From: Octopus vulgaris
Taxonomy: Eukaryota
Length of the DNA: 64,000 nucleotides
Direction of reading: 5' to 3'
Assembly (NCBI GenBank): GCA_951406725.2
Contig: OX597826.1
Location: 37,200,001 to 37,264,000 of the forward strand
Positions 40,180 to 54,742 of this stretch are shown piece after piece (position 1 is the stretch's first letter; each line of letters opens with the position of its first letter). The notes beneath the pieces were generated by a model. It ran no database searches and was not told where the DNA came from. It was given only the letters and a program-made list of their open reading frames with translations. The position numbers and the translations under genes were made by a program.

Positions 40180-40790
40180 ATCGTGTGATCATTTGAAGTT
40201 ACTGTAAGGCAACAACTTTCCATCACTCATTAACAACACATCAACAATGTTTCATTATTTTTTATGTTAAAGCTGTGACAATCAGCTTTTATAGCCTCTG
40301 GAGTCTGCCGTCTCTTATGAGTTCATCCGGAATCCATTTACTCTGTGCACCTTTCCCATTTGACACAATACAGATGGATGGTTTAATTGCTCACATTAAA
40401 TCTTTCAGAGAGCTTTTGGCACATTTAGCTTCAATGCATTTTGATGTTTCAATGCCAGCCTTAAGTTCATTATCATCAACGATGGCTAAGCATCGTCCAC
40501 AGGGTGTATCATTAAATGTTTCATCACCTGATAAAAATTTATCAGTCATTAATGACCAAAGAATCCAATCACTTTATTCTAGCCAAAATGCTAATCGCTA
40601 TATCTTGCGGCTTGCTGCTGTTCCATTGAAACCTAATCTATACACTTAGAATAAACATGTTCTGACAATGAAAATTGATATGGCTATTTCATTTCAAACA
40701 AAGTCTGACTGCTTCATTGAACAATATATCACATTTTCAAACTATTAAATGATTCGGTGCAATTTTCTTCTTTTGAACTATCTCGACGAA
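40180..40790 (-). mobile_element. Highly decayed mariner transposon, 5' half
   Basis: Minus strand: YRLGFNGTAASRKI...KFLSGDETFNDTPCGR..IVDDNELKAGIE...SKWIPDEL...MSDGKLLPYSNFK. These match WVPHEL and TGDEKW.YDN relics. Confidence 0.7.
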
Positions 40791-41844
40791 TAACCATCAA
40801 TGTAATTCTTTACACATTCTTGTTCGGAGAATCCCAAAATGCAAATTCCAGTTTTAGATGTGTAAAAATATTTTTTTCATTCTGATGCCAACATCGTAAA
40901 TACAGCGTAAGGTAGAAAAACGACCGATATATTACACGGCAATTGGTACGGCGCTCCTACGTTTAAGCACGTATTAATGACGTCCCCCCGTTGCTATTGG
41001 TTTAGCGTTTGTTTATCAAGTAGCATCTTATTTTAACCCCGTGCTTTGCAGCTGGAGCGTTTATCACTAATGGCGAATCTGGTAGGCTTTCTTGTCACAC
41101 CCTATCTAATTTTTTTCTAGCTATCTGCAAGATAATATACCACGTATGCTATTGTTCATTAAAGGTACCACATGATATTATAGTTATTCAATTTATTTAG
41201 ACGTATGACATATCAAATAAATCACGTTACTCTCAGTCTCTGCTTTGAGACAATCGACTTCTTCCGACATCATTGTGATAGTAGTCAGTAAGTGTTAACG
41301 ACAATTAAGCGAACACTTTCATTTTGCATGCAACATAGTGACTACAGACAATGCCGATGGTGATGGTGGTGGTAATCAAAATATAGAAACAAAATTGAAT
41401 ATATAATGTAGTGGCCGACCGTCTATCGTTGACAAAATCAAGGAAAGTTGAAAGTACGTGATTTGATGGTCTCAGTGCTGGAGGAAGCGGGCATTTATCT
41501 CCCATTAACGATATAAACAAGAATGCATTTTGCAACACAAGCCAGTATGACAGATTCGATCACGTTATCTAGAATACTTCAGCTTGTTTTAAAAGAACAT
41601 CTATGTAAGTGTGGATAAGTATTACCTCTCGGCATTAATAATTATTTTGTCGCTAATAAATAAAGTATGATACTCCCTCTCGTGCTTGTCGAACATGTCC
41701 ACTCTTATTTTAGCTTACTTGTGTCATGAGGCTTGACTTTGCAATGGTTAATATTTCTTCGATAGTGTCGAGGATATTTGCTTCAAGAGATCCAGTACAG
41801 ACGTGAGTATTCCATAAATGGGAATCTATTTTGAAGTAATTGCG

Positions 41845-41975
41845 TTTACGGGAACACTTAGATGCAGACGAGTGTCTGAGATTATGATATCTTTCATAAA
41901 TCTTACTTATTATAAAGATTGTGCTTCTTGGTACATCTAAAATCCGAATAACTTGTGACGCAAGAAGGGCAAAAG
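41845..41975 (-). pseudogene. Possible Tc1-like transposase N-terminal HTH relic
   Basis: ASQVIRILDVPRSTIFIISKIYERYHNLRHSSASKCSRK resembles the Tc1 pattern I...L.V.RSTV..I.K.Y...G......RSGRPRK. Confidence 0.4.
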
Positions 41976-42484
41976 TATTCTGAAAGTCGATGAAATTCGG
42001 TAGTACCGTCATGCTGACTTTCCAAGTTTACCTGTATATTCTTTAGAGGCGTTTCGTTACCAAGCATTTTCAGTAAAAGACAAATATATAAATAATGTTC
42101 AACTCTATGGAATGACAAGAGGCCTGTGTTGTATGGAATATTACTCCGTGTAACAAATGGGTATTATTAGAAAATGTCAGCGGAATAAAATCATATTTAA
42201 TATTAATTTAAAAGAAATCAAGAGACAAAGACAAATGGCTTGTTCCAGAAGTAAACTCAGGAATGAATGTGTCTAATAAAGGAAGTAATCAACGAAATGA
42301 TCCCAGGAAATGCTTCTACTTGTTCCTGTTTGCAGAAAGTAAACTGATTTTTCGAGTAAAGTGACCATTATTTATTAACACATATCGATTAAACTGTATC
42401 AATAAATATCCGATAACACATTAAACTGAATGGTATGGCTTATTTTAGTTACCTAACTCTCTTCTCTCCTTCTAACGTCACCAC

Positions 42485-42518
<34 letters not shown>

Positions 42519-44061
42519 GCTCTCTCCCCCTCTCTCTTTCTCTCGCTGTCTTTTTGTCTTCTTTTCTCTTTGCAATCCACTGAAAAGAAAATAACCGCAC
42601 ATAGTTCTATTATAAACTCATCCAAATCTCAAATTTTTAGAAATATATTTACAAATTTATTATTATTAAAGTCATTATAGTTCCATGTGATACATTGATA
42701 AATGAACTCAATGAATGCAGGTTCGATACATTTTGAACGAAAATCACAGTGGCCCACCTCGTAAACCGCTCCATATTATATAGTCATCAATGTCTACAAT
42801 TCCAGTATGAAATTTAATGTCACTAATCACTAAACACTTACAAGGCATTACCTTTTAGGCATGGAGAAAATGCTAATTAATTCTTTCCCAGTAAATCAAT
42901 TCTTTCTATAAGAAATAATTCTTTCTATTGATGCGATAAATATTGCTGAAAGTGTGGAGAAATTAAAAAGAACTAATACATATTATAGACAATATTTCGG
43001 GATTCAGAAAAAAGACCTTCGCAATCTTTGACAAATTTTCTATCCTGTTTCTGGACTTACTCAATTTCACCAGATTTCATTTATGAACTTTCTGTCTTAA
43101 ATACACAAAATATCGACTCTGATATTTTGAAAGAATTGTCTGGTCAACATTTCCCGGATCTATTTTCTGACAGGATCGCCTAATCCAATTCGATCCCACA
43201 CAGATTTTGAAACACCAGCTGATTAACATATGGCGCTTGCATACCTAGACATCACTTTTTTCCTTTTCCATTCTTTTGTTAAGATAGCCATCGAGCTGGT
43301 TATATCGATGCTTAAAATTTCAACAAACTCTAGTACTGCCAATGCGCTTTACATTCTATTTTTAAAAAGACTAATACTTTGATATTTACCAAACATCTGG
43401 ATGCAAATCATGAAGGTCCTCACATCCGTATGTTTTAGCTTATTTTGTATATCTTGTCAGAAAAGCATCCGAGTAAACAATTTTTTGAAAGACTAGAAAC
43501 ATTTAATTTAAACATTTAATATATTTCAACTCTTTTGATATGAAGCATGCATAAAATTCTATTTTCGTTAGTTTTCGTTATTTTTTAATTCCTGGGTTTT
43601 CAAACGTCAGCTAGAAGTTTCAGCGTATTAAAGTTTGTAGACAACTCTACTGTAAAGAATGATTAACTAGCCAAATATATTTCTAGTATCAGTAGCAGAT
43701 AACGTTTGAATTTAAATGACGCCTGTGTAAATTCTGGCGCACACACATAATAACCTACCTATGCACATATAGCATAGTTGTATAATCGTTATTTTAAAAT
43801 AGTTTTATTCAATTCACATTTAGCTATACATGCATATAGAGATATTTAACTTTACAGATGTGTGCTACTGCACATATCTATTCATCTATATGCCTGTGAA
43901 TGTGTGGGTGAGTGTGTAAAACACTATTTACAAATATATATGTATATAAATGTACGAGAATATATGTACATATATGCGTGTGTGTATATATATATATATA
44001 GGGAGAGGTAGAGTGTACATATACTTGTACACACACACATATATATGTATGTGTACATATA

Positions 44062-44114
<53 letters not shown>

Positions 44115-46534
44115 TTATATATATATATAGGGAGAGGGAGATACACATACTTGTACACATTCAGTCACACACACAGACGTGTACATTTGTGTGTATATAA
44201 ATATACATATTTCTGAATGGATATATGTCTAATAAAATCGTCTTATTGTAATAATCAACGCCATCTTGAGCAGTGTAGCATAGACACTTGTAATGTGATA
44301 TCAATTTCTGTTTCTGGAAGGAATCTTCGATTCACATATAATTAGCATTTACTAAAATTGCTATTTGGGAAAAGTTTCAGTGAAATGAAAATGGAATGAC
44401 ATGTGGAAAATACGTTGCGGAAATAAGCTTATCTTAGCTCTCCAAAATATGAAAAAACTGGTAGCAATCTCTCTCTCTCTCTCTCTATCACACCCTCTCT
44501 ATGTCTTTCTATCTCTCTCTCACTCTCTCTCCTGTCTGAATGTGTGTGCGTGTGTCTGTATGTGTATGTACGTTTTTATGCTAACTCATTCACTTTAAAA
44601 TATATTTGCACTCTAAGGACTGAAGTGCTCAAATCCATTTGTATTGCAAATAGCAGTCTCTCTCACACACATATACACACACACTCACACGCACACATAC
44701 GAACACTCAAACACATACACACAGTCACAGACATACACACACATATGTACATGTAGACACATTACATAGTCTTCGAGACACCGCAGTAATCTTAACCGGT
44801 ACTAATATTGGATGCGTAAACATATAGTAAGTCACGCACCAAAGACAAACATTCTACCTCCATCTCAGATTTTTCATCCAGTGGCGACCTTCCACTCATC
44901 GTTTGGGCAATTTTTAATCAAAAAGTTCTCTTCGCTTCCTATCACATATAGAAAAAATTATTTGTCTTACCTATACCAGTCAATGTTTTAAATGAACAGT
45001 CACTTTTTACCCTCACCTGTGATCTAACGTTTATATAGCATATCTTCATATACCAATTTGATCACACTCGAAGTGTTAGACTTCACCCTGCTCTGTTAAA
45101 GCACATTGAATAGTGATCATTCATCACCTTGGAGGTTAACGTGCCATATTCTTATTTCATTCGAGCTATTTTTATATAAACAGAAATCCTATTCCGATGA
45201 CAAATTTATTTATCTGTCTATATATCGACGTTTCTCTGCATCAATCTAGATATATATATATAAATACTTTTATCCGGCAATTTGTCAGTCTCTATATTTA
45301 TATATCTGCCAATCTGATCATCTATCCGTGATTATTTTCAGGCCTTATCGTGAAAGATATGTTCAAGCCTTAATATACTATAAACACTTGCTCATAGCTA
45401 ACTCATCATCTCTTAATAATTTCTCTTTCTACCAAATATCGAACATATAATTTAAACATTATACCTTTTCAGTTATTTCCATCATATTTCTTGCACTCGG
45501 TTTCCTGACATCTGGTTTATACACTTGGAAGATATGAGCAATCCATACATATCGCTCATAGCATGCATTTATGTGTGTGTATGTGCGTGTGTGTGTATGT
45601 GTTTGTGTGCGTGTGTATCTATGCGGATACGTGTGTATGTGTATTGTGTATGCGTTGACGTAGAGCGTTTCTGTTTTAAAGACTGGAGCAATGTAAAAGG
45701 AAGTATGTTGCCCAAATGCACAACGCACCATTCAGACCAGGATTTGAATCCATATAGGAAAGATCTTTAAGTCAATGCCCGAACAATTATGCCACGGGTA
45801 TTCATAGTGTTAGCAATATTACATTAGAGTTTGTATGGAAGTCGCAATAGTATGTAAGTCAAACTTAAAGAATCTTGTTTAATAGGGGAATTAAATCGAA
45901 AGAAAATTGCTGCAGCACTGACTGCATTAAGGGGCCCGATAGAATAATTCCTTTATCATGAAAAAATGTATATGCTTTTAGCATGTATCCTAAAGTAAGG
46001 TATCCAGTAGGCTTAAGCCTAACCAACTACTAGACCAAGGTCAATGCGAAAGAACTGATTCACCTCTAACCTATACCCACGAGTTGTCTTGAATCACTCA
46101 TTACATTCATTGTACACTTGAAACAAATTACGGTAGAACGTAATGCCATGATTTTAATTTTGAGTTTTATGAGAGTTGAGATATGGGAAATATACAAGAT
46201 TCAGTCTGGTGCCTAAGGTACATTCATCGTATAATTTTATCCATGGCGAGTTCAAATGGAAATTTTGTACAATATCTACCTTGTATTTGTACATAAAAGT
46301 CTAAAGTATAATAGTTTATTTTGCAGGCCTCTGGTACACATCGCCTTCAAGAGGATCAATGGCATAGATATGAATACACGTCGCTAATTGCGCATAAACA
46401 TAGGCATACGAGGTACGTTTGCATTGTGTTCTGTAGAAGAGTCAATTTTAGTCGATGATGATCATCATCATTATCATTATCATCATGAAAATGACAAAAA
46501 CGACGACCAACACCGGGCAACGGTGTAGTTCATA

Positions 46535-46597
46535 ATGACAGCAAAGATGAAGATGATGATGATAATGTTAACGACAATGACAAGAAAGTTGATGATG

Positions 46598-46634
<37 letters not shown>

Positions 46635-46768
46635 CAACGACGACAACAATGATGATGATGGCGGCGACGACGACGACAACTATGATAATAACGGCGACGA
46701 TAATAACGACGTCGATGATGGTGGTGGTGGTGATGGTTGTGGTGGTGGTGGTGACGACGACAATGATA

Positions 46769-46806
<38 letters not shown>

Positions 46807-46850
46807 AGCGGCGACAACGGCGACGACATCAACGAGGATGTTGGTGTAAG
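46535..46850. repeat. Degenerate (GAT/GAC/GGT)n trinucleotide block
   Basis: Direct reading. Confidence 0.9.
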
Positions 46851-47181
46851 TGTTGGAAGTGTTCACATTGAGATTTATGGTTACTTTGATTAGGTTGACA
46901 TCGTTTTCTTCCGTGAATTATTTTGTTTCTGATATATCTATTCTCTTATATTTCTAGATCTTTGCCTCCTCACTTGTGAAAACTGCTTTAATGAAATGAT
47001 AAATGACCCTACATGTAACGCTTCACTTACACACTTACATACATATATACATGCATTATATATACATATATACATACATAAATATATATACATATATATT
47101 CATAAATGTGTATATATATATATATCATGAACATATATATATATATATGAGTATATATATACACACACACACACACACACT

Positions 47182-47236
<55 letters not shown>

Positions 47237-47249
47237 TCATACGCTATAC

Positions 47250-47270
47250 ATAGATAGATAGATAGATAGT

Positions 47271-47340
<70 letters not shown>

Positions 47341-47341
47341 T

Positions 47342-47422
<81 letters not shown>

Positions 47423-47430
47423 ATAGATAT
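47250..47430. repeat. (GATA)n microsatellite
   Basis: Direct reading. Confidence 0.95.
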
Positions 47431-47683
47431 TTCAGACAAATGATTGCTATGAATATTTCGGAAAAAGTATTCATAAGAAAAATTATATATTTTTGCTGTT
47501 CTGTAACTGCCTTGATCGATGACATAGGAAGGCATAAATAATGGATGGCAATCCCGACGCTAATATTTGTCAAGTTTAAAATCTTGTTCTGTTTTGCCTT
47601 TGTTTTTTTATGCAAAGAACTGAATTTGGCAATTTTACATTTCAGCATATTGTTCAAAACATTTAATGGTATATGTATATTTG

Positions 47684-47808
47684 AAGGCGCGTGGCTTAGT
47701 GGTTAAGGAAATCGGCTCACAAGCATGCGTTAATGCTCTTGTATTTGAATACTATGCAGTAAGACTCTTTATTTCACGTTGCTCCAGTCAACGCTGTGCC
47801 ACGCTGAA
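47684..47808 (+). mobile_element. SINE family B fragment
   Basis: ggcgcgtggcttagtggttaagg..atcggctca...tttatttcacgttgctccagtc matches the 2778 copy. Confidence 0.75.
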
Positions 47809-47938
47809 AAAGTCTCAATGACTGAAATTGGTACTGAAATGATTTTTTTAGCATTTTCTACCTTGACTTTTTTCCATATATATATGCTGTTGTGTCCAGA
47901 GAGAATCATTTCCTTTTATGCCTTATAATGTAACACAC

Positions 47939-48052
47939 TCACCGTTACAACTTCCACTTATTTCATATTTTCATTTTTATTTTCCTAAAGAATCTTGCAA
48001 ACAAAATCCTAAAACGAAATATATATATATATATGCACATAGACAGAGACAC

Positions 48053-48115
<63 letters not shown>

Positions 48116-48445
48116 TCTTTGTTACGTCCCTTTTTGTGTTACATTTTTCTTGCTCGTTTTACACGCCTCTACGAGGTTATTTTATTTTAATTCTCTCGTA
48201 GGAAGGCCTAACATGGCCATACGTGTTCTGTCGCTGCCTTCGAAACACGTGTCTGCTAGCGACAGCTGATGAAGGGGATTTTTCCTTGTGCAGCATGTCT
48301 GTACTTCGTTTTTCTGCTGCACATAATTGTTTTTCCCGTTTTCGTTTCGTTTGTTCCACGTCTCTGTCCTTCTGTTGTAACAATCACCGTTACAACTTCC
48401 ACTTATTTCATATTTTCATTTTTATTTTCCTAAAGAATCTTGCAA
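47939..48445 (+). mobile_element. Penelope-like unit with a 62-bp perfect direct repeat and hammerhead motifs
   Basis: 47939-48000 is identical to 48384-48445. Internal ccttcGAAACacgtGTC...agcgacagCTGATGAagggg. Embedded among (TA)n/(TG)n. Confidence 0.6.
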
Positions 48446-48539
48446 TCCTGTACGTATATATATATTTATATATGCATGTATATATACATGTAGATGTCGG
48501 TACGTACATATATGTTTGTATGTATGCATATATTTTATT

Positions 48540-48596
<57 letters not shown>

Positions 48597-49552
48597 TATA
48601 TAAACATGTATGTGTTTGTGTGTATGTGCATAGATTTATTAACTTATAATTTTCTTCATATACATATGCATACATACATTCATCTATGAATATGTCGGAA
48701 TACATTCAACCAACACACCAACTCAAGCAAAGAAAACTCTAAACTCAAAATTATCATACATACATACATACATACGTACATACATACATACATACATACA
48801 TATGTTTGTACAATTATAAACCACCTATTCGTGTCACTACTTTGGATCTTTAAATAACAAACCATGAACTTTGGGTCACTTTTATCTATTTCTTCTTACT
48901 TGAAATTCAAAGCATACTCTGGCCAGCCAGTAAAAGTCCTTCCAGCATTACGGTTGACCAGCCAGATATTGATGCCAACTATCCGTTAAACAACAACCTG
49001 CACTTTTCAGAAATACAGGAATCATTGATCAAAATTTTCTTTGATACAATATCCCCTAAAACAAAGGTGTTAATTGCAAAAGATTCTTTGATCGTATGAT
49101 CGCTTTTTCAGTATTCAGGGTTCATATCCGATAAAAAGATAAGTTAAACATTTGCTCCCTCATTGCCACTCATATACTCCCGTTCGCTTTCAATTACTGT
49201 GCAATCAATATTATTGACCGGGATCCACTATATCTGTACGAACTGACACCTGAAACTGGTCACTTGGTGAACTTTATATCATATTTACAGAAGATCGTAT
49301 TTTTTTTTACCAAAATTATTTGTAGGAATTCTATTCGTATCCTTAACTGCTAATAGCTGAAATCTTGCAAACTGGATCTGACTGCGCATTGGTGTAAACT
49401 AGAATCACAATATGGAACTATAGCTACAAGAAATGAAATATGCATATAGATATATGTGTGTGTCTGTGTGTCATTATGTCTGTGTATGTGCGTACGTGTG
49501 TGCATGTATACAGAGATGAACATTTGCATGCATGTATGTATATATATATTAA

Positions 49553-50850
49553 TACGAGGGGCGTTCAATAAGTAATGCCCCTGACCCACTTCCTATAGCA
49601 GTAGAGCAACGAAACTTGGCACAGTTATTAGTCTTTTTCTACATAGGAACCACCCAGAGTTACGCATTTCTACCATCGTTTGATGCAGCTCTGGAGACCG
49701 TTTTTGTAGAAGACCCCAGCTTGGTCCTCCAACGTGAACGTGACTTCAGAAATCAAGGCTGCATCATCTGGGAAACGCTTTCCTTTCAAAAACAACTTCA
49801 TGACTGGGAAGAGGTGAAAATCAGAGGGTGCAATGTCAGGAAAGTAGGGGGATGGGGGAGGAGTTCATAGCCATACACCTGTGCTTCTGATCTGGCGACA
49901 AGCGAGTTGTGGACCGGAGCGTTGTCCTGCAGGAGGAGGATGCCTTTGCTGATCTTGCCCCGCCTCTTGATTTTGATAACTTCTCTTAATTTTCTCAAAA
50001 GTGAAGCATAATAGGCTCCTGTAATTGTGGTACCCTTTGCCAGGAAATCTGTCATCACTACTCCGTCCTGGTCCCAGAAGACTGTGAGCATGACCTTAGG
50101 GTGCAGCGGAGGGCTGCACCCTTGCCTTCTTTGGAGAGGGTGAGTCACGGTGCTTCCACTGCATTGACTGGGCTTTGGTCTCTGGATCATCGTGATGGAC
50201 CCAGGTTTCATCCTGTGTAATAGGTCTTTTGAAAAATTTTGACTCATCTTCTTGGCACATCTCCAAATTCATCCTCGAGCACTCGACGCGTTCTTGCTTC
50301 TGGAAAGGCGTGAGCAACCTGGGAATCCATCTGGCAGACACCTTTTGCATATGCAAATGGTCATGAATGATAGTTTCCACAGACACTGTACTAATCTTGA
50401 CCTCATGGGCTATTTGGTGAATAATTATGCGTCGATCTTCCAAAATGGCAGCCTCAACTTGACGGACAGATGCCTCATCAATGGCAGAAGGGGCGACCAG
50501 ATCTGGGAGCTGTTTCCACAGAGTTCGGACCATGTTTGAATTCACGATCCCAGCGTTTTACAAGGTCATATGATGGGGCATCATCACCATAAGTTACTTT
50601 CATTTCATCAAAAGTCTTCCATGGTGTGCATCCTTTCAAATACAAAAACCGGATCACTGCTCGACACTCAACAGGCTCCATTTCACACTTGACTCATTTC
50701 AAACACCTGTAAATCAGAAACCACAATTAGTTCAGAGCTGTAATTTTTTACTTACTCTATAGAGATATAAATGATTGCACATGCAAAGTTTCAGCTAGAT
50801 CGAACAACTTCAAGTGGATCAGAGGCATTACTTATTGAACGTCCCTCGTA
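49553..50850 (-). mobile_element. Mariner (DD34D) DNA transposon, full length (~1.3 kb), inactive
   Basis: 39-bp TIRs at 49553-49591 (tacgaggggcgttcaataagtaatgcccctgacccactt) and 50812-50850, 3 mismatches, TA at both ends. Confidence 0.97.
49628..50681 (-). pseudogene. Mariner transposase pseudogene (three frameshifts and a premature stop)
   Basis: MEPVECRAVIRFL...RSGRP / ARWIPRLL...TQDETWVHH / KVMLTVFWD...LLQDNAPVH...HPP / YFPDIAPSDFHLF...RW*KCVTLGGSYVEKD*. After repairing the frameshift there are 34 residues between the 2nd and 3rd D. Confidence 0.95.
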
Positions 50851-50887
50851 CATCTGTTTGTATAACACCTGCCTACGTCTTTTGTTT

Positions 50888-50904
50888 TTTTCGTAAACTC
50901 TCCC

Positions 50905-50976
<72 letters not shown>

Positions 50977-51010
50977 TATACATACATACATACATACATA
51001 CATACATACA

Positions 51011-51043
<33 letters not shown>

Positions 51044-51050
51044 GTGTGTG
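50888..51050. repeat. (TA)n-(CATA)n microsatellite
   Basis: Direct reading. Confidence 0.95.
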
Positions 51051-51958
51051 TGGTATCCGCTGAACTACCATCTGTCTCAGTTATCTCGTACATATACTTT
51101 AAAACATGTCTAGTTATAATTATCCTCATAGTCTTAACTAAAATAAATGTCTTGTTCTCCAAACATTCTGCTTGCTAACTGCATGCACGAATTCACTTAA
51201 TGCCAACACTTCCGTATTCATGTTAACAGAATGCTACCGGTCTTAAGTTTATTACTCTAGTGCATTTGAGACAGAGTACGTTTTATCTGTCATTTATTCT
51301 CACAATGCTCTGCATTGTATATTTATCGGAGCGTGCCTATTAAACTTGCTGGGGCAAGAGTTCATCCAGTTTATCGGAATTACAACGATATAACTCTGGA
51401 AAGTCTCTGGACACTACTTCCGCTTTTAATATTCCAAACGTAAATAACCTCTCGTTAAATCATTTTCACTTTTGTTCTCTGATCAGTGATCATTTGTTTG
51501 ATGTTCTACAAATAGCCAGTTCTGCAAACCAGTGGTAGTATACTCTTAAGAAATGCGACGAACTTAATCTCATAGTGTTGGTTTTAGAAATATCTTTGAT
51601 TATGACATGGTACATCAAAATAAGTTGTCTATGCGCACCACATGTCCCTGCAACTGTCAAACGAGTTCCCTCTATTTCTCTTGAATATTTTCAAATATGA
51701 CTAATGTAAGATTATCTCTCTCCCACTCTTCTATATTTATATTACCGGCCGTTTTCTATTAATTTAATCCACACCACATTACTATGAGGCTAATACCAAC
51801 CGCCATTAATCTAATATGGACACAGGGGCACAGAAAATTTCCTGCAAACAGAATATTCTAATTTCATGTCATTAAATGATACCGATACACACATACATAT
51901 ATATATTTATATGTGTATATATGTATACATATATATGTGTGTGAGTGTGTGTGTGTGC

Positions 51959-52008
<50 letters not shown>

Positions 52009-52397
52009 ATGTATATATATATATATATGTGAATGCAAATTAATTCTTTGTTGCCATAAAGTGATCGGTATTGTGGTTTTATTTTTTTTTATTTGCTGTG
52101 GTTTCATTTCATTACAATTTGTGTAAAGTTTTTGTTACAAATTTGAATAATTGTTCAATAGAAGAAATGTACGTATAATGGAGAAATATATTCTGTATGA
52201 ATTCCTCCAGTATTTACTTGGATTTCTGATTCTTGTAATGTACAGACTCTGACACAATCGATTAAATTAACCAACTTTCCTGATATCTAAAGCAATATGA
52301 ATGACCTGAAATCTCAGACGTCAACCGACACATCTTCATTCATAAACTCTCTTCAAGACGACATTTCTAACATCAGATAAAGTATTGAGTATGTGTG

Positions 52398-52435
<38 letters not shown>

Positions 52436-54622
52436 GTCAAATTAGTATGTCTCATTCCTTAATTTGTTTGTTCAATTTATTTCAGAAATTAATAGAAACT
52501 ATAAACGTTGGTAGATTTGTTTGAGACGATTTTGTAGACGCCATCTTATCAAGAGATACTTAAAGGAGAAACGAAATAATAATTGTCTTACTCTGTGCAG
52601 CAGTGTGATAGGAGAGAGAGGGAGAGTTAGTGGAGTAGGGGAGTATGTTATTTGAGGATGATGTGCATGTTACTTCCAGCAGATCAACTGATCATTTTAG
52701 AGCTTTCGTAAACTCTACTATTCACTGTTCTATTTTATTTTATTTCAAGTTATTGTACCACGACATGATGGGATAGAACGCAGTCATATGGATCGTGTAT
52801 TCGATCAACAGTCAAGGAATTTTCACAAATAGTGTAGAAGTATATTTACATATGAATGTATGTTTGTATGAATGCACAGACAGATAATTATATCTGTAGG
52901 TGTGTACATATACTGCACAACTTAAATTGCTACCTTCACTCTTCTAATATACATTACCGTGAAGAATGACACGACAAAGGCTTTGGCTGTTGTTAAACAT
53001 GCGAATTAAGAATGTAAGCAGAGAGATTATAACATATCAACAGGCTCATAACGCCGTCACAGTTGTGATTTATAGCTACTATAATTGGGTTAGCGTAAGA
53101 CTTGCTTCATAAATGTAATCTGCATATTAAATACCACCCTTACATTTATGTTGGCCATGTAAATAATACATGTAATATTAGCTTAGTCACTTCTGACAGC
53201 CTCTATTATAATAAACGAATAGTCACATATATCATGCAGCAATTTGAAACAATTCATATGATCGTTAAGGATTCCTGTTAGCACAGATGTTTTCCAAAAT
53301 TAAGGAACATTGTGTGTTAAATAGTCCTCCATCAAGTAATCTATTAGCGAAGGGAATGAAGGTTGACCTTTCGTAGACTAATCCGACAGAAAAGGGTAAA
53401 CGAAAGAGAGAGTATATGGGAGTGTATTGTGTTTAAATATTTTGAAAAATTCTGTTTTATTTTAGTGTTTTCATGCTAAATGTTCTTTATTAAACATTTA
53501 TATGTATGTGTTGGACATGTTTTCAAATTTCAGTCTTTCCATTATTTTTGGCCATGTTATTTTGCCAATAACAAGCTTTCTCTCTCTCTTTCTCTTTCTT
53601 TCTCTCTCTCTTTCTCTCTTTCTCTACCAAGAATATTCAGTCAGAATATAAGCGTAACGTCTGATGTTAAGTAGGAAGAGAGACGCGAACAGTGTAATAT
53701 ACTTTCCCAAGCTATATAGCAGCAAGCATCAAGCCTGTAGCTAAGAACGAATTGATTTAATAACACAAAATAAAACCTCGTAATGATAACGCCGGCAGAC
53801 AGATTTTCAAATCATTTAGCGTGATTTGCAGTTTTACTCTCGCTTTTTATCACTCTCATACTTATTCATAACTTTTCTCTATCCTATATTCTTAATCCCC
53901 TTTCTCTCTTTCTCCCTTTCTCTCTCCCTCACGTTCTCTTCCTGTTAGCTTGTGTCTTTATCTCTCATTAGCCCTACATCATTTAATCCTTTCCTTCAAT
54001 ATTTATCTTACTATTTTATTTCCTATTTCGTATTATATATTCCTACATCCCCCCTCCTTGTCTCTCCGTCTCGTCTTTCCTCCTAACAGAAGTCGAACAT
54101 GTGTATTGATGTATTAGGTTTGTATTGATGGATTGACAGTTTATTCTTTGGAATAGAACTGTACATTTGAGTGATGCGCTGGAGTGGAAATATACTAAGA
54201 AGTATTCAAATAAGGAAGAATAAGGATAAATAAGCTACTGCGATTCTGAACGAAGTTCTTAGCGATCGTAACTGTATCCTGCAAGCAATCTTAAGTTGTC
54301 TTACTATATATGATACCAATCTATTTAATAATGAATTCTATCAGAGATACAAAGTTAAAAACTTGACGGAGGATGTGTTATTCGATTAAACAAACTCCAC
54401 GACGTAACTGGTATTATACTTTGTAGATGTATGAAGACTGAACAAGAACTTTGGCTCCACGGGATTTGATCTAAGAACTGCACGGTATACATCTAATGCT
54501 CAAGCATTCTACCACTGTTTCAAGTGTTAATGGTGATTCCTAACATAGAAGCTATCCCCTTATTTCGAAGAAGGATTCAGATTGACCGCTGAAATTCGCT
54601 GATGTTTATTTTACTGCAACCG

Positions 54623-54623
54623 A

Positions 54624-54706
<83 letters not shown>

Positions 54707-54742
54707 CAACAACAACAATAACAGCAACAACAGCAACAACAA
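54623..54742. repeat. (TAA)n-(CAA)n microsatellite
   Basis: Direct reading. Confidence 0.95.

Noticed and set aside
43060-43260. Minus-strand segment ending at a strong gtaagt donor
   Set aside because: No open frame reaches the donor and no recognisable protein; at most a non-coding exon.
48899-48998. Minus-strand segment bounded by tgcag| and |gtaaga (possible exon)
   Set aside because: Stops in all three frames and a poor polypyrimidine tract; cannot be supported without transcripts.
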